The notes: generated by a model from the sequence alone, not told the origin. A DNA stretch of 64,000 bases from a virus (IMGVR_UViG_3300025108_004281:1-64000); one strand, 5' to 3'; positions 36,257 through 47,871 are shown, counted from the first letter of the stretch. Translations and numbers: made by a program.

Positions 36257-37369
36257 CTAACTTATGACTGCTCTGTCTGTTACTCTTCTCCAGTTAGTGC
36301 CATCGCTAAATGCCATTACTGGACCTCCTGTTTCATTGGTTACATATATCATATGCCCAATGTATGCAGATGCATCAGGTACTGATAATACTGCATATCG
36401 TGGAAACTCAACTGGTCCTCCACTTGTTTCAACAACGCCATAGTCACTGTTGACTAGGGCAACTACTGAATCTGTTAAATTACCATAGTCTAAACTGTCT
36501 GTTACTGAGGCTGTAATTGCACCGTAATCGCTTACAGTTTCAAATAATATTGATGAAACAGAACCACCTACTGATAGTTTTGCTTCTGACTCATCATATG
36601 TAAATGCTGATGAACCATTGAATGTACCTTCATCGTTATATTGAATTTGCGTGTTACTGCCGCCTGGTGTAGCATCTACATTAGCAAAACTTACTGTACC
36701 ACTACCATCTGTAGTTAATACTTGATTAGCACTACCATCTGCTGTTGGCATAGTGTAAGTGCCGTTTACAATAAGTGTATTTGCTCTTACAACGTTAGGT
36801 GCTCCATTGGGTGCTATACTTCCTGTTACATTACCACTTAGGTTACCAACAAAAGCACCAGCACTAAACGTTTGACCATTTACGGTCCATTCGCCTTCTT
36901 CTTCGTCCCAGCGAATATAAACATTACTTTCGTTACCTCTGTTTACTAATATTCCTGCGTTAGCAGTTGCGGGTTGGTTTGATGGAAGGTCGCTGTTTAA
37001 AACTATTTCATTGTCAGCAATATTGAGAGTTTCTGTATTAATGATAGACTGTGTACCGTTTACAGTAAGATTACCTGTTATAGTAATATCATTTGCAAAG
37101 GTATTGTCTGTATCAATTCTAGCAAAACTTGTACTATTAATGCTATCTAATGTGTCAGCATCGCCTACCGTCAGTTTATTCCATGTTACAGAACCACCTG
37201 ATACAGTTGCAATTTTTAATAGTGTATTGCTTGAATCGAACCAAAGATCACCTGTCGAGATATTACTAACGTCACTAGGTGCGTCAGATGTCCCGTAAAT
37301 TCTAGAACCGCGTTTTCCAATTCTAAAACTACTTTGCGAGGTACCTTTGGCGTTCATTATGATTGCCAT
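36257..37369 (-). CDS. Virion structural/fibre protein
   Basis: GDLWFD, ITGNLTVNG, DGSANQVLTTDGSG, GGSNTQIQYN, AFSDGTNWRRV modules. Confidence 0.75.
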   Translation of the reverse strand: MAIIMNAKGTSQSSFRIGKRGSRIYGTSDAPSDVSNISTGDLWFDSSNTLLKIATVSGGSVTWNKLTVGDADTLDSINSTSFARIDTDNTFANDITITGNLTVNGTQSIINTETLNIADNEIVLNSDLPSNQPATANAGILVNRGNESNVYIRWDEEEGEWTVNGQTFSAGAFVGNLSGNVTGSIAPNGAPNVVRANTLIVNGTYTMPTADGSANQVLTTDGSGTVSFANVDATPGGSNTQIQYNDEGTFNGSSAFTYDESEAKLSVGGSVSSILFETVSDYGAITASVTDSLDYGNLTDSVVALVNSDYGVVETSGGPVEFPRYAVLSVPDASAYIGHMIYVTNETGGPVMAFSDGTNWRRVTDRAVIS

Positions 37370-37397
37370 TAGTTACGTCTCTCCAATATGTACTTGT

Positions 37398-37476
37398 CTA
37401 GCATACTGCTAGTCTACATGTAAACATGTAGTCAAATCCTATTAGGACTTAACTATATTTATCTTTTTTATAAATA
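37398..37476. promoter_or_regulatory. Divergent late-type promoters with a three-hairpin leader
   Basis: GATAAATA (-) 37456-37463, TATAAATA (+) 37469-37476; hairpins 37398-37412, 37414-37431, 37434-37450. Confidence 0.65.
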
Positions 37477-37481
37477 TATGT

Positions 37482-38150
37482 ATGAGTACAGAATACACTA
37501 AATGGACTGTAGATAGAATATTAGATACAGCACCAATTGAAACAGATAAACTACACGTTATGGATGTAGAAAATTTTATGCACCCTGATTTGTACGCACA
37601 GGTACAAAATTGTATACCATGGAATCAATGGCAAAACGAGGAACTACCAGGTAGACATGGGTATCATATAGGTCCAGACGACCCACAAGAAGCATTGCAA
37701 ATAGCCACAGAATATGTGTATAGAAACCAAGAGGTTTTAGATGCAATAGGTAATGTAATGAATATGTCAAGTAATGTAAACATCAATCAACCGTTTATGT
37801 GGATGGACACAAACAAAAATTCAGTACATGATGTTCACGTAGATCACCCTTCTTACTATTATACAGTTCAGCATTCATTAGCAGATACAGATGAATTTGC
37901 ACACACAGGTACTATGTTTTGGGAGGTTGATTGTGCTTATGATCAAGCCATAGACGAAGGACTAGATCCTACATTTGGCGAAGATAGTAAATTAGTACGA
38001 ATGGGACACCAAATGCCTTATGTTCCTAATAGGGCATACATATTACCAAGAAGCAGTAAAGGTTGGCATAGTTGCCCGGACCTTACTGTAGAACCGGACA
38101 CTATGCAAAGGGTTATGGTTTATTTAATTGCTACTCTTCAGAAAACTTAA
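37482..38150 (+). CDS. 2OG-Fe(II) oxygenase-like protein
   Basis: HVD, GT.F, PY.PNRAY, WHS, R motifs; leaderless. Confidence 0.6.
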   Translation: MSTEYTKWTVDRILDTAPIETDKLHVMDVENFMHPDLYAQVQNCIPWNQWQNEELPGRHGYHIGPDDPQEALQIATEYVYRNQEVLDAIGNVMNMSSNVNINQPFMWMDTNKNSVHDVHVDHPSYYYTVQHSLADTDEFAHTGTMFWEVDCAYDQAIDEGLDPTFGEDSKLVRMGHQMPYVPNRAYILPRSSKGWHSCPDLTVEPDTMQRVMVYLIATLQKT

Positions 38151-38880
38151 CTCTGTTCAAGTAAGTTTCAGCACCACGTGACATTTTGCCACTTGTATGA
38201 TCTTTGACAAATGCAGTAATAGTAATGCTATCACCTACGTCAGCATTAGACTTTTGTGAAAAGAATTTTACAATATTGGAGTTGCCTTCTTTGGCAACAT
38301 ACAAATAACTGTTACTTCTCCAAATAAATTTCTTGTGAAGTATTTCAACATTAAATGTTTCACGTTCATGTAGTCTTCCAACATGCTGACTTTGTTGTGC
38401 AAGTTCTTTTTCCATTTTGTTAAATGCACGTTGCTTTTGTCCGTTTTCATATACACTAGGCAAACTTGCAATAATACCAATGTCCTTGTATTGAACAAAT
38501 TCCTTATTAATAAGTCCTAGGATCGATTTTTCAAAGTCACTGATGTCACGTTTGATTGCTTTTAGACTTAGGCCTTTGAAATATTTAATCATATGCTCAA
38601 CATTTTCGCTATCGCTTTCAACAACTGAGATATCATTGTAATAGGTATCTAGTGTTTTATCAATACGAGATGTTTTGAATTTTTCAATACCTAAGTGGTT
38701 ATTGATAATAAACAGGTTAGGCAATTTCTTTTGATAACCGTTTTCATCTTCTTCGATGTTGGCATCCTTTTTGATGTAACCACCATTTACTCTGTTTACT
38801 GCTACTGACAATGAAAGAAGATCAGTAAGACTATACTGATCCTCAAACCATTTACCTGTTCTTGCTTTCTTAATATTCAT
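38131..38880 (-). CDS. Hypothetical protein with probable C-terminal OB-fold
   Basis: GIIASLP.VY...S.HVG...VKDH....ETYLNRVK. Confidence 0.55.
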   Translation of the reverse strand: MNIKKARTGKWFEDQYSLTDLLSLSVAVNRVNGGYIKKDANIEEDENGYQKKLPNLFIINNHLGIEKFKTSRIDKTLDTYYNDISVVESDSENVEHMIKYFKGLSLKAIKRDISDFEKSILGLINKEFVQYKDIGIIASLPSVYENGQKQRAFNKMEKELAQQSQHVGRLHERETFNVEILHKKFIWRSNSYLYVAKEGNSNIVKFFSQKSNADVGDSITITAFVKDHTSGKMSRGAETYLNRVKFSEE

Positions 38881-39137
38881 TAAGCGGCCTCTATCATTGA
38901 AAGTGGAACACTATATGAACGGCCTCGCATATCTACAATAGCCTTCTTAACATTCACTTTGGTAATAACACCAGGTGTGCGTTTTGTTTTTTGAACAACA
39001 AATACATTGTCGCCGACACTTAGACTTGCTTTAGCATTAAGTGTTTTAACAGAATTGGTAAATGCACTTAGTTCGTTAAGTTCTGACAAACTAAAGTTAC
39101 CGTTTTTAATTGCTTGTTTAATTTCTAAAAGTTCCAT
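38880..39137 (-). CDS. Hypothetical protein (SH3/KOW-like)
   Basis: LSVGD.V......G.I.KVN.K.A.V......Y.VP.S.I. Confidence 0.55.
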   Translation of the reverse strand: MELLEIKQAIKNGNFSLSELNELSAFTNSVKTLNAKASLSVGDNVFVVQKTKRTPGVITKVNVKKAIVDMRGRSYSVPLSMIEAA

Positions 39138-39511
39138 TACACATTCCTCAAAACATATCTACCTTCAACAACATCATCTCTGAAACTGCCATCTTTGTTT
39201 CTACCAGGTGATGTACTTGCATGAATAACATTTGAATAATCTGCAGGGTTGATACCTGTTCTAGCATAAACACTATCACATACTCTTTTCACCATCACAT
39301 TTCTGTGAGCAGTATTGACACCAGTTGGATATTCGCTACCTTCTGGGTGATCAATGTTTTCTTCGTGATTGTACCACATGCTTTCTAATCCAGTAAGTTG
39401 GATATTGTAACTAGGCAATGCCTTGTCAATCAAAGTAAGCGAACTAATCCAGTAACCTAGTGGTGCTGTAATTTTATCTTTGCTTTGATTTGTTGTATTT
39501 AAGTTTTGCAT
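39137..39511 (-). CDS. Hypothetical early protein
   Basis: Own promoter and RBS. Confidence 0.55.
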   Translation of the reverse strand: MQNLNTTNQSKDKITAPLGYWISSLTLIDKALPSYNIQLTGLESMWYNHEENIDHPEGSEYPTGVNTAHRNVMVKRVCDSVYARTGINPADYSNVIHASTSPGRNKDGSFRDDVVEGRYVLRNV

Positions 39512-39517
39512 AAAGAC

Positions 39518-39580
39518 CTCCTACCGTCTGTTTTTGCTAAATTATGTATATATTATAGCAAATTCTAGGGTCGAGGTCAA
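39518..39580 (-). promoter_or_regulatory. Early promoter TTGACC-17-TATAAT with GTAGGAG leader
   Basis: -35 39575-39580, -10 39552-39557, GTAGGAG 39518-39524. Confidence 0.85.
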
Positions 39581-40173
39581 CCGGTTTTTACAATTAAATT
39601 GTATATTTCTTCCCAGTTTTTACATACACTTGCATCACCTTTGTAATGCATATTGTGTCCATGTTCAACTAAGATACCTTTTAGACCAGCATCTATGCCC
39701 CAATCAACATTCTGTGGCTTGTCTTCAATCCAGTATGCTCCAGGATATTTTTTACCAAACTCTAGTAATATTTCATCCTTGTCTGCACCTGTATCTAAAC
39801 AAATAACTTCTTTAAAACAGTCGTCACCAAACAGTTTATTCAAGTTCTTAGTTCTAAGTTCTTGTGCATAAGGGTCTAAACTCAAACTTGTAATTGCTAC
39901 AAATTGATATTGATGTTGCTCATGTAACTTTTTAACAAAGTATTGAGCATCTCTAAGTGGAGGCAAAAATCCAATTGCCGCACTTTCATTAAAATTTTTA
40001 ATTACTTGATCACCAGTAGAGTCGTTTCTAAGATCAAACTTTTCTCTAATGCTGTAATGTAATCTGTGATTTTCTACTGGGAAGTGTCCTCTGTGTTCCA
40101 TCCAATTATGGAATGCAAACTCCCAATCTAATACCACACCGTCGCAGTCTGTTAATATAACTTTATTTTTCAT
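39577..40173 (-). CDS. HAD-family 5'(3')-deoxyribonucleotidase-like
   Basis: DCDGV, ITS, K, WIEDK; leaderless start MKNKVIL 6 nt after TATAAT (40180-40185). Confidence 0.8.
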   Translation of the reverse strand: MKNKVILTDCDGVVLDWEFAFHNWMEHRGHFPVENHRLHYSIREKFDLRNDSTGDQVIKNFNESAAIGFLPPLRDAQYFVKKLHEQHQYQFVAITSLSLDPYAQELRTKNLNKLFGDDCFKEVICLDTGADKDEILLEFGKKYPGAYWIEDKPQNVDWGIDAGLKGILVEHGHNMHYKGDASVCKNWEEIYNLIVKTG

Positions 40174-40211
40174 ACATGTATTATACATTCTTTTATCCTC
40201 TGTGTCAAGTC

Positions 40212-40239
40212 AAAAGAAAAGCGACCGAAGCCGCTTTTC
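40212..40239 (-). terminator. Intrinsic terminator with UUCG tetraloop
   Basis: GAAAAGCGGC-UUCG-GUCGCUUUUC-UUUU. Confidence 0.85.
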
Positions 40240-40272
40240 CAATGTTTATTTTGATTAGTCTAAACTAAACGA

Positions 40273-42021
40273 TTAAACAACATACTTGTATTCAACAACA
40301 CCTGTTACAACACCTGCTGTAGGTGTAGCACTTGTTGATCCGTCACTTTGAACGAACTCAAGTTGTACTGCCGCATTTTTAGTTAGCGAACTTGCAAAAG
40401 GTAAGTCAATAACATAAGTTCCAACTGCAACGTCGTTAGTTGTATGAGCCGCTAGTACATTACCTGCACCTGCGTTATCTTTAACTAACATACCGTCAAC
40501 TGAACCACCTGCTATCAATGTTGTAACATTAAGAATCACTCTACTTGCGTAATATGTTCTTCCTGATACGTTAGGTACAGTACCTATATCAAAAGAAGAG
40601 TCACTGCTGTTTGCTGTGAAACTTGCTCTTAATGTAAGACCGTCACCACCGTTGTTATCAACATAGTCTTTAACTGCCGCTGATGTTGGTAAAGTAGTAT
40701 CGTTATCGTTACTACTAATTCCGTCTGCTTCATCAACGAACTTAGTTACTGCAATACTTTCACCACTGTCAGTTAATGTACCAAAAGATACAATTCCTGA
40801 AGCAGTTACGTTTACTAGTCCAGTAGCACTACCAGAATTAATAGAAGCAGTTCCGTCTGTTAATGTACCACCTTGTAGTGATCCACTAAATGTACCTGCT
40901 GTCATATCTGATAATGTTTGATCCATTGCAAAAGTAACGTCATCATTTGTGTTACTTGAAGTAATGTTTCTTCCACCTAATAGTTTTAACTTGTCACTTG
41001 CTAATGCAACTACGTTATCAGCCGCATCATCTGACTGGATAGTCAATGATGTTGCAATTGATACTTCTGCCGCCGCTGTTATACGACCTTGTGCATCAAC
41101 TGTAAAAGTTGCTACATTAGAAGCATCACCGTAATCACCTGCTGTAACGGCTGTATTATCTAAACCTAATGTTACACTACTTGCGCCGGAGGCTGAAGTT
41201 ATTCCAGTTCCACCTGCGATAGTTAATGTACCAGTATCTAAGTCTAGAGTTCTTCCTGTACCGTCGTCACCAGTAAATGCTAAGTCATCGTCTCTGTCTA
41301 AGCCATCGACGTATGCTTTCATTTCAGTGTTAGCAGTATTTACATACGTGAGCATGTTACTGTTTGCTGTTGTAATAGTACTGTTTAAAGTAGTAACTTC
41401 GCCATCAACATAAGCCTTCACACTTTGTTGAGTTGGTACAGCAGTAGCACTATCTGAAGACATATTATCTTCATCTAGGAATGCTGTGATTGACGCACCA
41501 CTGGCACCAGTAAAACTAGAACCTGTGATTCCAGCCGCCTGCATGTCAGCCGCAGTATAAGTTAAAGCACCTGTTGAAGAACCTGTGAAAGATCCTGTTC
41601 CAAATACTACTTTATCTGCTGATTCGTCCCAACCTAAAAATACGTTGTCGCTGTCGCCTCTTTCGATAACAAGACCGACGTCGTTTGAAGGTGTACCAGT
41701 TGTGCCTGTTCCTAATTCTAGTAAGGCATCACTGATTGTTGTATTAGTTGAACTAACAGTTGTGGTTGCACCATTAACCGTTAAGTCACCTGTAATGACT
41801 GCGTCACCGTTAACAGTAACACTACTTGATGTTATATCGTCTGAAAGTAATGATCCTTGAACGTCAACGTTGGCGGCTCTAATAGCCTTAAGTGTTGAAC
41901 CATCTGACCCTGTGAATTCGTATCTATCATTAGCACTTACCCACTTAAATCGTCCACCACCTTTGCCAAGTTGTACATCGTTGGATATACCTTTTAGACC
42001 AAAATTCTTTACATCTGCCAT
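40273..42021 (-). CDS. Virion structural/fibre protein
   Basis: Start MADVKNFG (42021) with AAGGAG; ITGDLTVNG, PTQQSVKAYVD, TVDAQGRIT, PTSAAVKDYVD modules. Confidence 0.75.
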   Translation of the reverse strand: MADVKNFGLKGISNDVQLGKGGGRFKWVSANDRYEFTGSDGSTLKAIRAANVDVQGSLLSDDITSSSVTVNGDAVITGDLTVNGATTTVSSTNTTISDALLELGTGTTGTPSNDVGLVIERGDSDNVFLGWDESADKVVFGTGSFTGSSTGALTYTAADMQAAGITGSSFTGASGASITAFLDEDNMSSDSATAVPTQQSVKAYVDGEVTTLNSTITTANSNMLTYVNTANTEMKAYVDGLDRDDDLAFTGDDGTGRTLDLDTGTLTIAGGTGITSASGASSVTLGLDNTAVTAGDYGDASNVATFTVDAQGRITAAAEVSIATSLTIQSDDAADNVVALASDKLKLLGGRNITSSNTNDDVTFAMDQTLSDMTAGTFSGSLQGGTLTDGTASINSGSATGLVNVTASGIVSFGTLTDSGESIAVTKFVDEADGISSNDNDTTLPTSAAVKDYVDNNGGDGLTLRASFTANSSDSSFDIGTVPNVSGRTYYASRVILNVTTLIAGGSVDGMLVKDNAGAGNVLAAHTTNDVAVGTYVIDLPFASSLTKNAAVQLEFVQSDGSTSATPTAGVVTGVVEYKYVV

Positions 42022-42176
42022 TTTGATTTTCTCCTTGGAGTTTTTGAGGGTATTCAACTCCCTCTTTCAATTTTTACATTGTTCCGGAATAATGTGTGTT
42101 GATGTATTGTGTACTACTATTTATCTTTGAACCAGAAAAACTGGCCTTTAAATACCTTAAAATTTCTGTGCTTTTT

Positions 42177-44189
42177 TTAAACGTATGTGACTTTAACAGT
42201 GGCATTACCGGCTGTTGCGCCGTAATGATTGATTCTGAAGTTTACTTCTAATTCATCTGTATTAGAAGAAGGCCATACATACTCTGGATTTGTTATGTAT
42301 CCGCCTGCTGAGCCAGGATCGTTATCGTCCTGTCCATGTAAGAAATCTGTATCTACTGTGGTACCAACTTCCATTGTGGCTTCTTGTGAACCACCTGTGA
42401 ATGCTGTGTGTACTTCGACACTAACACTTTGTATTTTACCACCTGGCGATACATTACCTAAGTCATAATTTTGACTGTTACCAAAGCCTCCTACTGGTGC
42501 TGTTACGTTGTATGTGAGCGTCTGTGCGTCGGTATTAGCACTATCCTGGTCACTTACCTTAGTCCAACTACTACCATCATATAAGTATAATGCCCACTCA
42601 CCAACACCGTTATCTATAACGTATGCTTGGTCACCTGTTGTAGGTGATAGTGAATTTCTAGCACTTATATCTGATACTACTGTTACACTAGCACTTCTAA
42701 TACCTTGTTCTACATTCATTGCTAATGGGAACATTCCATTGTGTACACTGAAAATACCTGCGTTGTTTTCAAAGTTACCTGTGCTATCGTAAATATCAAT
42801 TGGCCCACCATCAGTTCTAGTAAGTTTTAGTTTACTACCTGTACTTGCTGATGTAAAAGAAGGTAACCCAGAAACATTACTACTACCTACAAATGGATTA
42901 CCGTTAGTATCATTAGAATTATTAAAGATGTTTATAGCATTACCGTTTGCTTCTGTGAGTGTTAATGCACTACTAGTAAATGTAGCAGTCAAATTAGGAA
43001 TACTTGCGGCATTAATATCTGTTGCCATGTCTTCTGGAATAGCAACTGCTATACCGTATGCACTTTGTCCTGCGGCATTAGTAGTAAAGTTTACTGTTGT
43101 ATTACCACTACCGCCATTAAAAATAGCACTAAATGTTGTATAACCGCCAACTAGTCCGTATGCTGTTCCACTAGCACTTGAAGTCACAGTTGTTGGTGCC
43201 GGTGATGTATCTGCTGTTATACTTGTACCACTAAGTCCATTTATTTGACTTACAGTTTCTGATAATGTACTACTAAAGCCTGCTCCATTAAATGTGTGAC
43301 TTACACCATTAAATTTAACAACTGTACCATCTGGTATTGTTGGGTTTATTGCTGAACCAGTTGTGCTTGTTTCTACAGCATTAGCAATCTTTAAGAACAT
43401 TATTTTACCTGTATCAGATGTAGTTAAGTCTCCATCTGTATCTGCGTAAATAAAATCTCCTGCTGAACCTGGTATTGCTGGTACAAAGTCTATAATTCTG
43501 TTATTAGGTGACACCATAAATGCGTTAGGTCCTGGGCCATTCTCTACTACAACACCAAAACTCTTACTTACTAGAGCGGCATTTGCCTTAACAAAATCTC
43601 CTGTATCACTGACTGCTATAACATCACCTACACTAAAACCGTGTGCTGTCTTTTCTAATAAGTAATTTAATTGTGGATTTAAGTATTGAAATCTACTGTT
43701 TACGTTTGCGTAAAAGTCCGAACTAACAATACCAGTTGGAAGTGGATCTAACATTGGGTGTCCACTTTCGTTTAGTGTGAACACTACAGCACTACCACTA
43801 TTGAATATACCAAGTCCTGTATTACTTTTAAATGTATTGTAACGTGCTACGTCTTCAACAACACATGTTACTGAACTAGCACTTTTGCTGTCAACTGAAA
43901 TAATTTTTAAACACTTACCGTCAGTTGCTCCTGCTACCCAGTCGCCAACTGCTACATCAAGTCCGTTAAACTCTCTGTCTTTTCTTGTTAAGTGAGAACC
44001 ATGTGATTGAGATGTAACTGAAAACACAATAGTCCATTGATAATTTTTTGGGGAACTACCACCTGAGTACCATCTGTCTGCTGAACCGTTAGCATGTGGC
44101 CATACAGTTTTACCAGTAATGCTAGTTACATTAACACCTAAAACTTTATTTGGTACATTGAGTTCTATTTGACTAGTCTTATAAGACAT
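42177..44189 (-). CDS. Virion structural protein
   Basis: S/T/G/N-rich beta-type sequence, HGFSVGD, ARNSL.PTTGDQAYV..W.LY.YDGSSW. Confidence 0.7.
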   Translation of the reverse strand: MSYKTSQIELNVPNKVLGVNVTSITGKTVWPHANGSADRWYSGGSSPKNYQWTIVFSVTSQSHGSHLTRKDREFNGLDVAVGDWVAGATDGKCLKIISVDSKSASSVTCVVEDVARYNTFKSNTGLGIFNSGSAVVFTLNESGHPMLDPLPTGIVSSDFYANVNSRFQYLNPQLNYLLEKTAHGFSVGDVIAVSDTGDFVKANAALVSKSFGVVVENGPGPNAFMVSPNNRIIDFVPAIPGSAGDFIYADTDGDLTTSDTGKIMFLKIANAVETSTTGSAINPTIPDGTVVKFNGVSHTFNGAGFSSTLSETVSQINGLSGTSITADTSPAPTTVTSSASGTAYGLVGGYTTFSAIFNGGSGNTTVNFTTNAAGQSAYGIAVAIPEDMATDINAASIPNLTATFTSSALTLTEANGNAINIFNNSNDTNGNPFVGSSNVSGLPSFTSASTGSKLKLTRTDGGPIDIYDSTGNFENNAGIFSVHNGMFPLAMNVEQGIRSASVTVVSDISARNSLSPTTGDQAYVIDNGVGEWALYLYDGSSWTKVSDQDSANTDAQTLTYNVTAPVGGFGNSQNYDLGNVSPGGKIQSVSVEVHTAFTGGSQEATMEVGTTVDTDFLHGQDDNDPGSAGGYITNPEYVWPSSNTDELEVNFRINHYGATAGNATVKVTYV

Positions 44190-44193
44190 AGTA

Positions 44194-47100
44194 TTACTCC
44201 GCCATCACAAACGTAATCCAAGCATGGGTGCTTGTTCCAAACGATCTACTTGCTCCTGTTATCGCTTCTGTGACTTTCAAGTCTACGTTAGCATCACTTG
44301 AGAAACTTCCAAATGCTGTTGGAGATCCACTGCTTCCGCCGCCGTCTACTGTTCTTGTTGTCCAGTCACCACTAACAGCATTCATGCTGTATTTGTTTGA
44401 CGCATATTGATAACCATGGGCCATAATTGCTACTGGTGGATAATCAAATCCTGTAAACTGTACTTCAATCTCAGCACCTGTATCGCTGGTAATTGTTGTA
44501 GCATTAATGCCTGCTGTAGTATCTGATATACTTGATAGTGCGCCTGACGTACTGTAATTGAGTTTCATTCTTTCATAAGTGTTACCACGTGTTACGGAAC
44601 CGCCGCCTCCGCCGCCACCTGGCTCACCTTTTTGTCCTTTATCTCCAGCCGCACCATCTGATCCATCTGCTCCATCTGATCCTGCTGGTCCTTGTGGACC
44701 TGCTACTGTACTTGGTTCACCCTTAGCACCTGTTGGTCCTTGTGGACCTGTTGGACCTGCATTACCGTCACTACCTGCTGTACCCTGTGGTCCAGTGTCA
44801 CCTTTTTGTCCTTTATCACCTGTCGGTCCAGTTGGGCCACCTAATTCACCTTTGTCACCCTTACTTCCTGTTGGACCTACTGGTCCTACGTTACCTTGAG
44901 GTCCTGTTGGTCCTGTAGCACCTGCTGAACCCTGTGGACCTACTTCACCTTTAGTACCCTGTCCACCCTGTGGTCCAGTTGCACCTTGTGGTCCTAATTC
45001 TCCTTTTTGTCCTTTGGCTCCATCGTTACCAGCATCTCCCTGAGGACCTGTTGGACCTGCTGGTCCTGTTGCTCCTGCTGGTCCTGTTGGACCTGCTACT
45101 GTACTATCAGCACCTGTGGCTCCCTTCTGTCCTTGAGCACCTTGAGGTCCTGTGGCACCTTGAGCACCAGTTGAACCTTGTGGACCTATATCACCTTTTG
45201 ATCCTTGTGGACCTGTTGGACCTGCTACACCTTGAGCACCAGTTGTACCTTGAGCACCTGTGGCTCCAGTTTCACCTTTTTGTCCAGTATCACCTTTTTG
45301 TCCTTTATCTCCTGCTGATGAGGCCGCTACCCATGAACTATCATAATAAATGTATAGATCACCGTCATCACTTGCCCACCATAAGTCGCCTTCAGAGCCA
45401 CCACTTGGGGAAACATTTGCAACGGCAACTGAGGCATCAACACTATCTAATGCTGAACTTATATCAACATTACTACTACCGCCACTAATTGAAATGACAT
45501 TACCTGTCATACTTAGTGTTTGGTTAGTACCAGCACCTATTTCACCTTTTTGTCCTTGTGGTCCAGTTGCTCCAACTTCACCTTTATCTCCAGCAGTTCC
45601 TTGTGGTCCTGTTGGTCCTGCATCTCCTTGAGGTCCTGTTGCTCCAGTGGCTCCTTTATCTCCGGCAGTTCCTTGTGGTCCTTGTGGGCCAACTTCGCCT
45701 TTTGCTCCATCGTTTCCTGCTGGTCCAGTTGCACCTGCTGGTCCTGTTGGTCCAACATCTCCTTGTGCACCTTTATCTCCAGTTGCACCAGTTGTTCCCT
45801 GGGCACCTTGATCTCCTTTTGAACCTTTGTCTCCATTGGCTCCTGCAGGTCCTGTATTACCTACATTTCCTTGTGGACCTGTGGCTCCTGTTGCGCCAGT
45901 CTCTCCTACTTCACCCTTTTGTCCTTTTGCCCCATCACTACCTGCTGGGCCAGTTGCTCCAGTATCACCTTTGACTCCTGAACCTGAACCGGTAGCATCG
46001 ATTGTAATTGTTTGAGCATTGCTATCTGCTGATATTGTTGCATTAGCACCTGCTATAAATGTTAATTGGTCTGCGGCTACATTTGCTACTACACTATTAC
46101 CACCTTGTACACTTACAGTTTTAAATGCTTCGCCGGCTCCACCGCCTCCGCCACTGCCTGTGTTATTAATTGTAATAGTATCAGTACTTGCATCAGCAGT
46201 AATCGAAATACCGCTACCTGCTACAAAATTTAATGTATCTTGATTATTTTCTGCAATAATTAAGTCTTGTCCAGCAACACTAATATTTTTAAATATACCA
46301 TCATTTAGTTGGGTATTATTAATTGTTACTGTATCGCCTGTAACTGATGTTGTTATACCTGTACCACCAACAATATTAAATGTATCGTCTTTGGCACTAG
46401 CATCTGTTGAACCTGAATCGCCTGTAAAACTCTTATAATATCTTAATGCAGATACATTAGAGGTAATTGCTGTATTAACTTCTGCTTTAGTGTACTTGTC
46501 AATACTACTATCATTTAATGTAGCATCAATTATAATTGAATCTGTTCCTGGATTAGCAGTAAAACTTACATTACTACCGCTAACTAAATTTAATGTATCA
46601 TTATTGTTATCTGCAATAAGAAGTGTGCCATCTACATCGACGTTTTTAAATACGCCTGTGATAGCATCTGTTTTTGAAATCTGTATAGTATTGTTGGCTG
46701 TATATTGATTTACATCAATACCTGTTCCGCCCTCAAATCTAATTGCGTGGGTGGCACTTGTGGCACTGATTGTATTTGCTGAGCCAACACTAGTAACTGT
46801 GCTTATAGCATTTTGTAATTGTGCTGATGCAATATTGGCATCAACTTCTGCTTTGCTGTAAACACCTAAATTTGTTCTTGCTGTTGCGGCATCTGGTAAG
46901 TCACTTAAATTATTTGTTTTGTTGACTGCGTTTGCTAATGTTGCCGCTGTAATAATAGTTGAGCCATCTTCTAATCTAATGGCCGAGTCTGCTGTTCCTC
47001 TAAATCTGTTTGCAAATATATTTAAATATTTGTAATTGCTGTTACCAATGTCATATGACATTGTTGTATCTGGTGCACTTGTGGCACTCTTAGGAATATA

Positions 47101-47871
47101 ATTTGCTAAGTTGGCAGTTAGTTGACTAGCAGTTAAACCACCAGTTTGTAATGTTGTCCAACTAACACCACCTGAACCATTTGTTACAAGTACTTGTCCG
47201 TTAGTACCATCTGATGTTGGTAATGTAAATGCGTTAGCAAATGTTGTACTTCTATTAGAATTTATTTTTAATGCTGGTGTTGTACTACTTGCACTACCTA
47301 CATAAAATACAGTACTGTTTGCACTTCTAACTTCAATATGACCATCTGTGCTTTTTGTTCCTAATATTAAACTATGTTGTGAACTAAGTTCTACATCTGC
47401 GGCATCGTTTGAACTAATAACAAATCTTGTTTTAGCATCAAATCCTGCACTTTGACTGTTAGTAGGATAGTTTGCGTTATTTAATATACCTGCGTATGCT
47501 GTGATATTAGCATTATCACCAAAGTTTCTACCTGAGAAGATATTTGTATTGCCATTCACATTGTGAATGCTTAATGGTGTTGGTAGTGTATATGCTGTTG
47601 AGGAAACAGTAATAACGTTTGCAGATTCAGTTACAGTTGTTGCACCTGAGCCTTGTATCTTTTTAAAGTTTAATTGTGAACCGTCTTTTGCTGAGAATAG
47701 TCCAATGCCTGAAGCACCAACATTAGCACCACCAGTAACGGCGGCATTGGCATCTGAAGACAAACTATCTTGTGCTACAAAAATTCCTTGTGCAGAATCG
47801 TAAACTAGGATCTGATTATCGGTGATCCCGTCTATATTAAAAGTTAAATTATCTCCTGTTACATTTGGCAT
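44194..47871 (-). CDS. Collagen-like tail fibre protein
   Basis: Long Gly-X-Y tracts; repeated F..I.V.G...I.A....DTLN.V.G modules; [15 protein letters not shown]. Confidence 0.85.
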   Translation of the reverse strand: MPNVTGDNLTFNIDGITDNQILVYDSAQGIFVAQDSLSSDANAAVTGGANVGASGIGLFSAKDGSQLNFKKIQGSGATTVTESANVITVSSTAYTLPTPLSIHNVNGNTNIFSGRNFGDNANITAYAGILNNANYPTNSQSAGFDAKTRFVISSNDAADVELSSQHSLILGTKSTDGHIEVRSANSTVFYVGSASSTTPALKINSNRSTTFANAFTLPTSDGTNGQVLVTNGSGGVSWTTLQTGGLTASQLTANLANYIPKSATSAPDTTMSYDIGNSNYKYLNIFANRFRGTADSAIRLEDGSTIITAATLANAVNKTNNLSDLPDAATARTNLGVYSKAEVDANIASAQLQNAISTVTSVGSANTISATSATHAIRFEGGTGIDVNQYTANNTIQISKTDAITGVFKNVDVDGTLLIADNNNDTLNLVSGSNVSFTANPGTDSIIIDATLNDSSIDKYTKAEVNTAITSNVSALRYYKSFTGDSGSTDASAKDDTFNIVGGTGITTSVTGDTVTINNTQLNDGIFKNISVAGQDLIIAENNQDTLNFVAGSGISITADASTDTITINNTGSGGGGGAGEAFKTVSVQGGNSVVANVAADQLTFIAGANATISADSNAQTITIDATGSGSGVKGDTGATGPAGSDGAKGQKGEVGETGATGATGPQGNVGNTGPAGANGDKGSKGDQGAQGTTGATGDKGAQGDVGPTGPAGATGPAGNDGAKGEVGPQGPQGTAGDKGATGATGPQGDAGPTGPQGTAGDKGEVGATGPQGQKGEIGAGTNQTLSMTGNVISISGGSSNVDISSALDSVDASVAVANVSPSGGSEGDLWWASDDGDLYIYYDSSWVAASSAGDKGQKGDTGQKGETGATGAQGTTGAQGVAGPTGPQGSKGDIGPQGSTGAQGATGPQGAQGQKGATGADSTVAGPTGPAGATGPAGPTGPQGDAGNDGAKGQKGELGPQGATGPQGGQGTKGEVGPQGSAGATGPTGPQGNVGPVGPTGSKGDKGELGGPTGPTGDKGQKGDTGPQGTAGSDGNAGPTGPQGPTGAKGEPSTVAGPQGPAGSDGADGSDGAAGDKGQKGEPGGGGGGGSVTRGNTYERMKLNYSTSGALSSISDTTAGINATTITSDTGAEIEVQFTGFDYPPVAIMAHGYQYASNKYSMNAVSGDWTTRTVDGGGSSGSPTAFGSFSSDANVDLKVTEAITGASRSFGTSTHAWITFVMAE
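44617..45978 (-). repeat. Gly-X-Y collagen repeats, interrupted at ~45310-45535
   Basis: GPQG/GPTG/GDKG/GQKG tandem triplets. Confidence 0.9.

Noticed and set aside
42030-42068. Resemblance to a preQ1-I riboswitch (AGAGG...CCCUC-AAAAACU)
   Set aside because: It lacks the conserved U after P1, the A-rich linker is too short, and it precedes a structural gene. Kept only as a generic switch candidate.
44579-46243. Many overlapping ORFs in other frames and on the plus strand over the fibre gene
   Set aside because: Shadow frames produced by the Gly-X-Y codon periodicity; no RBS or promoter.
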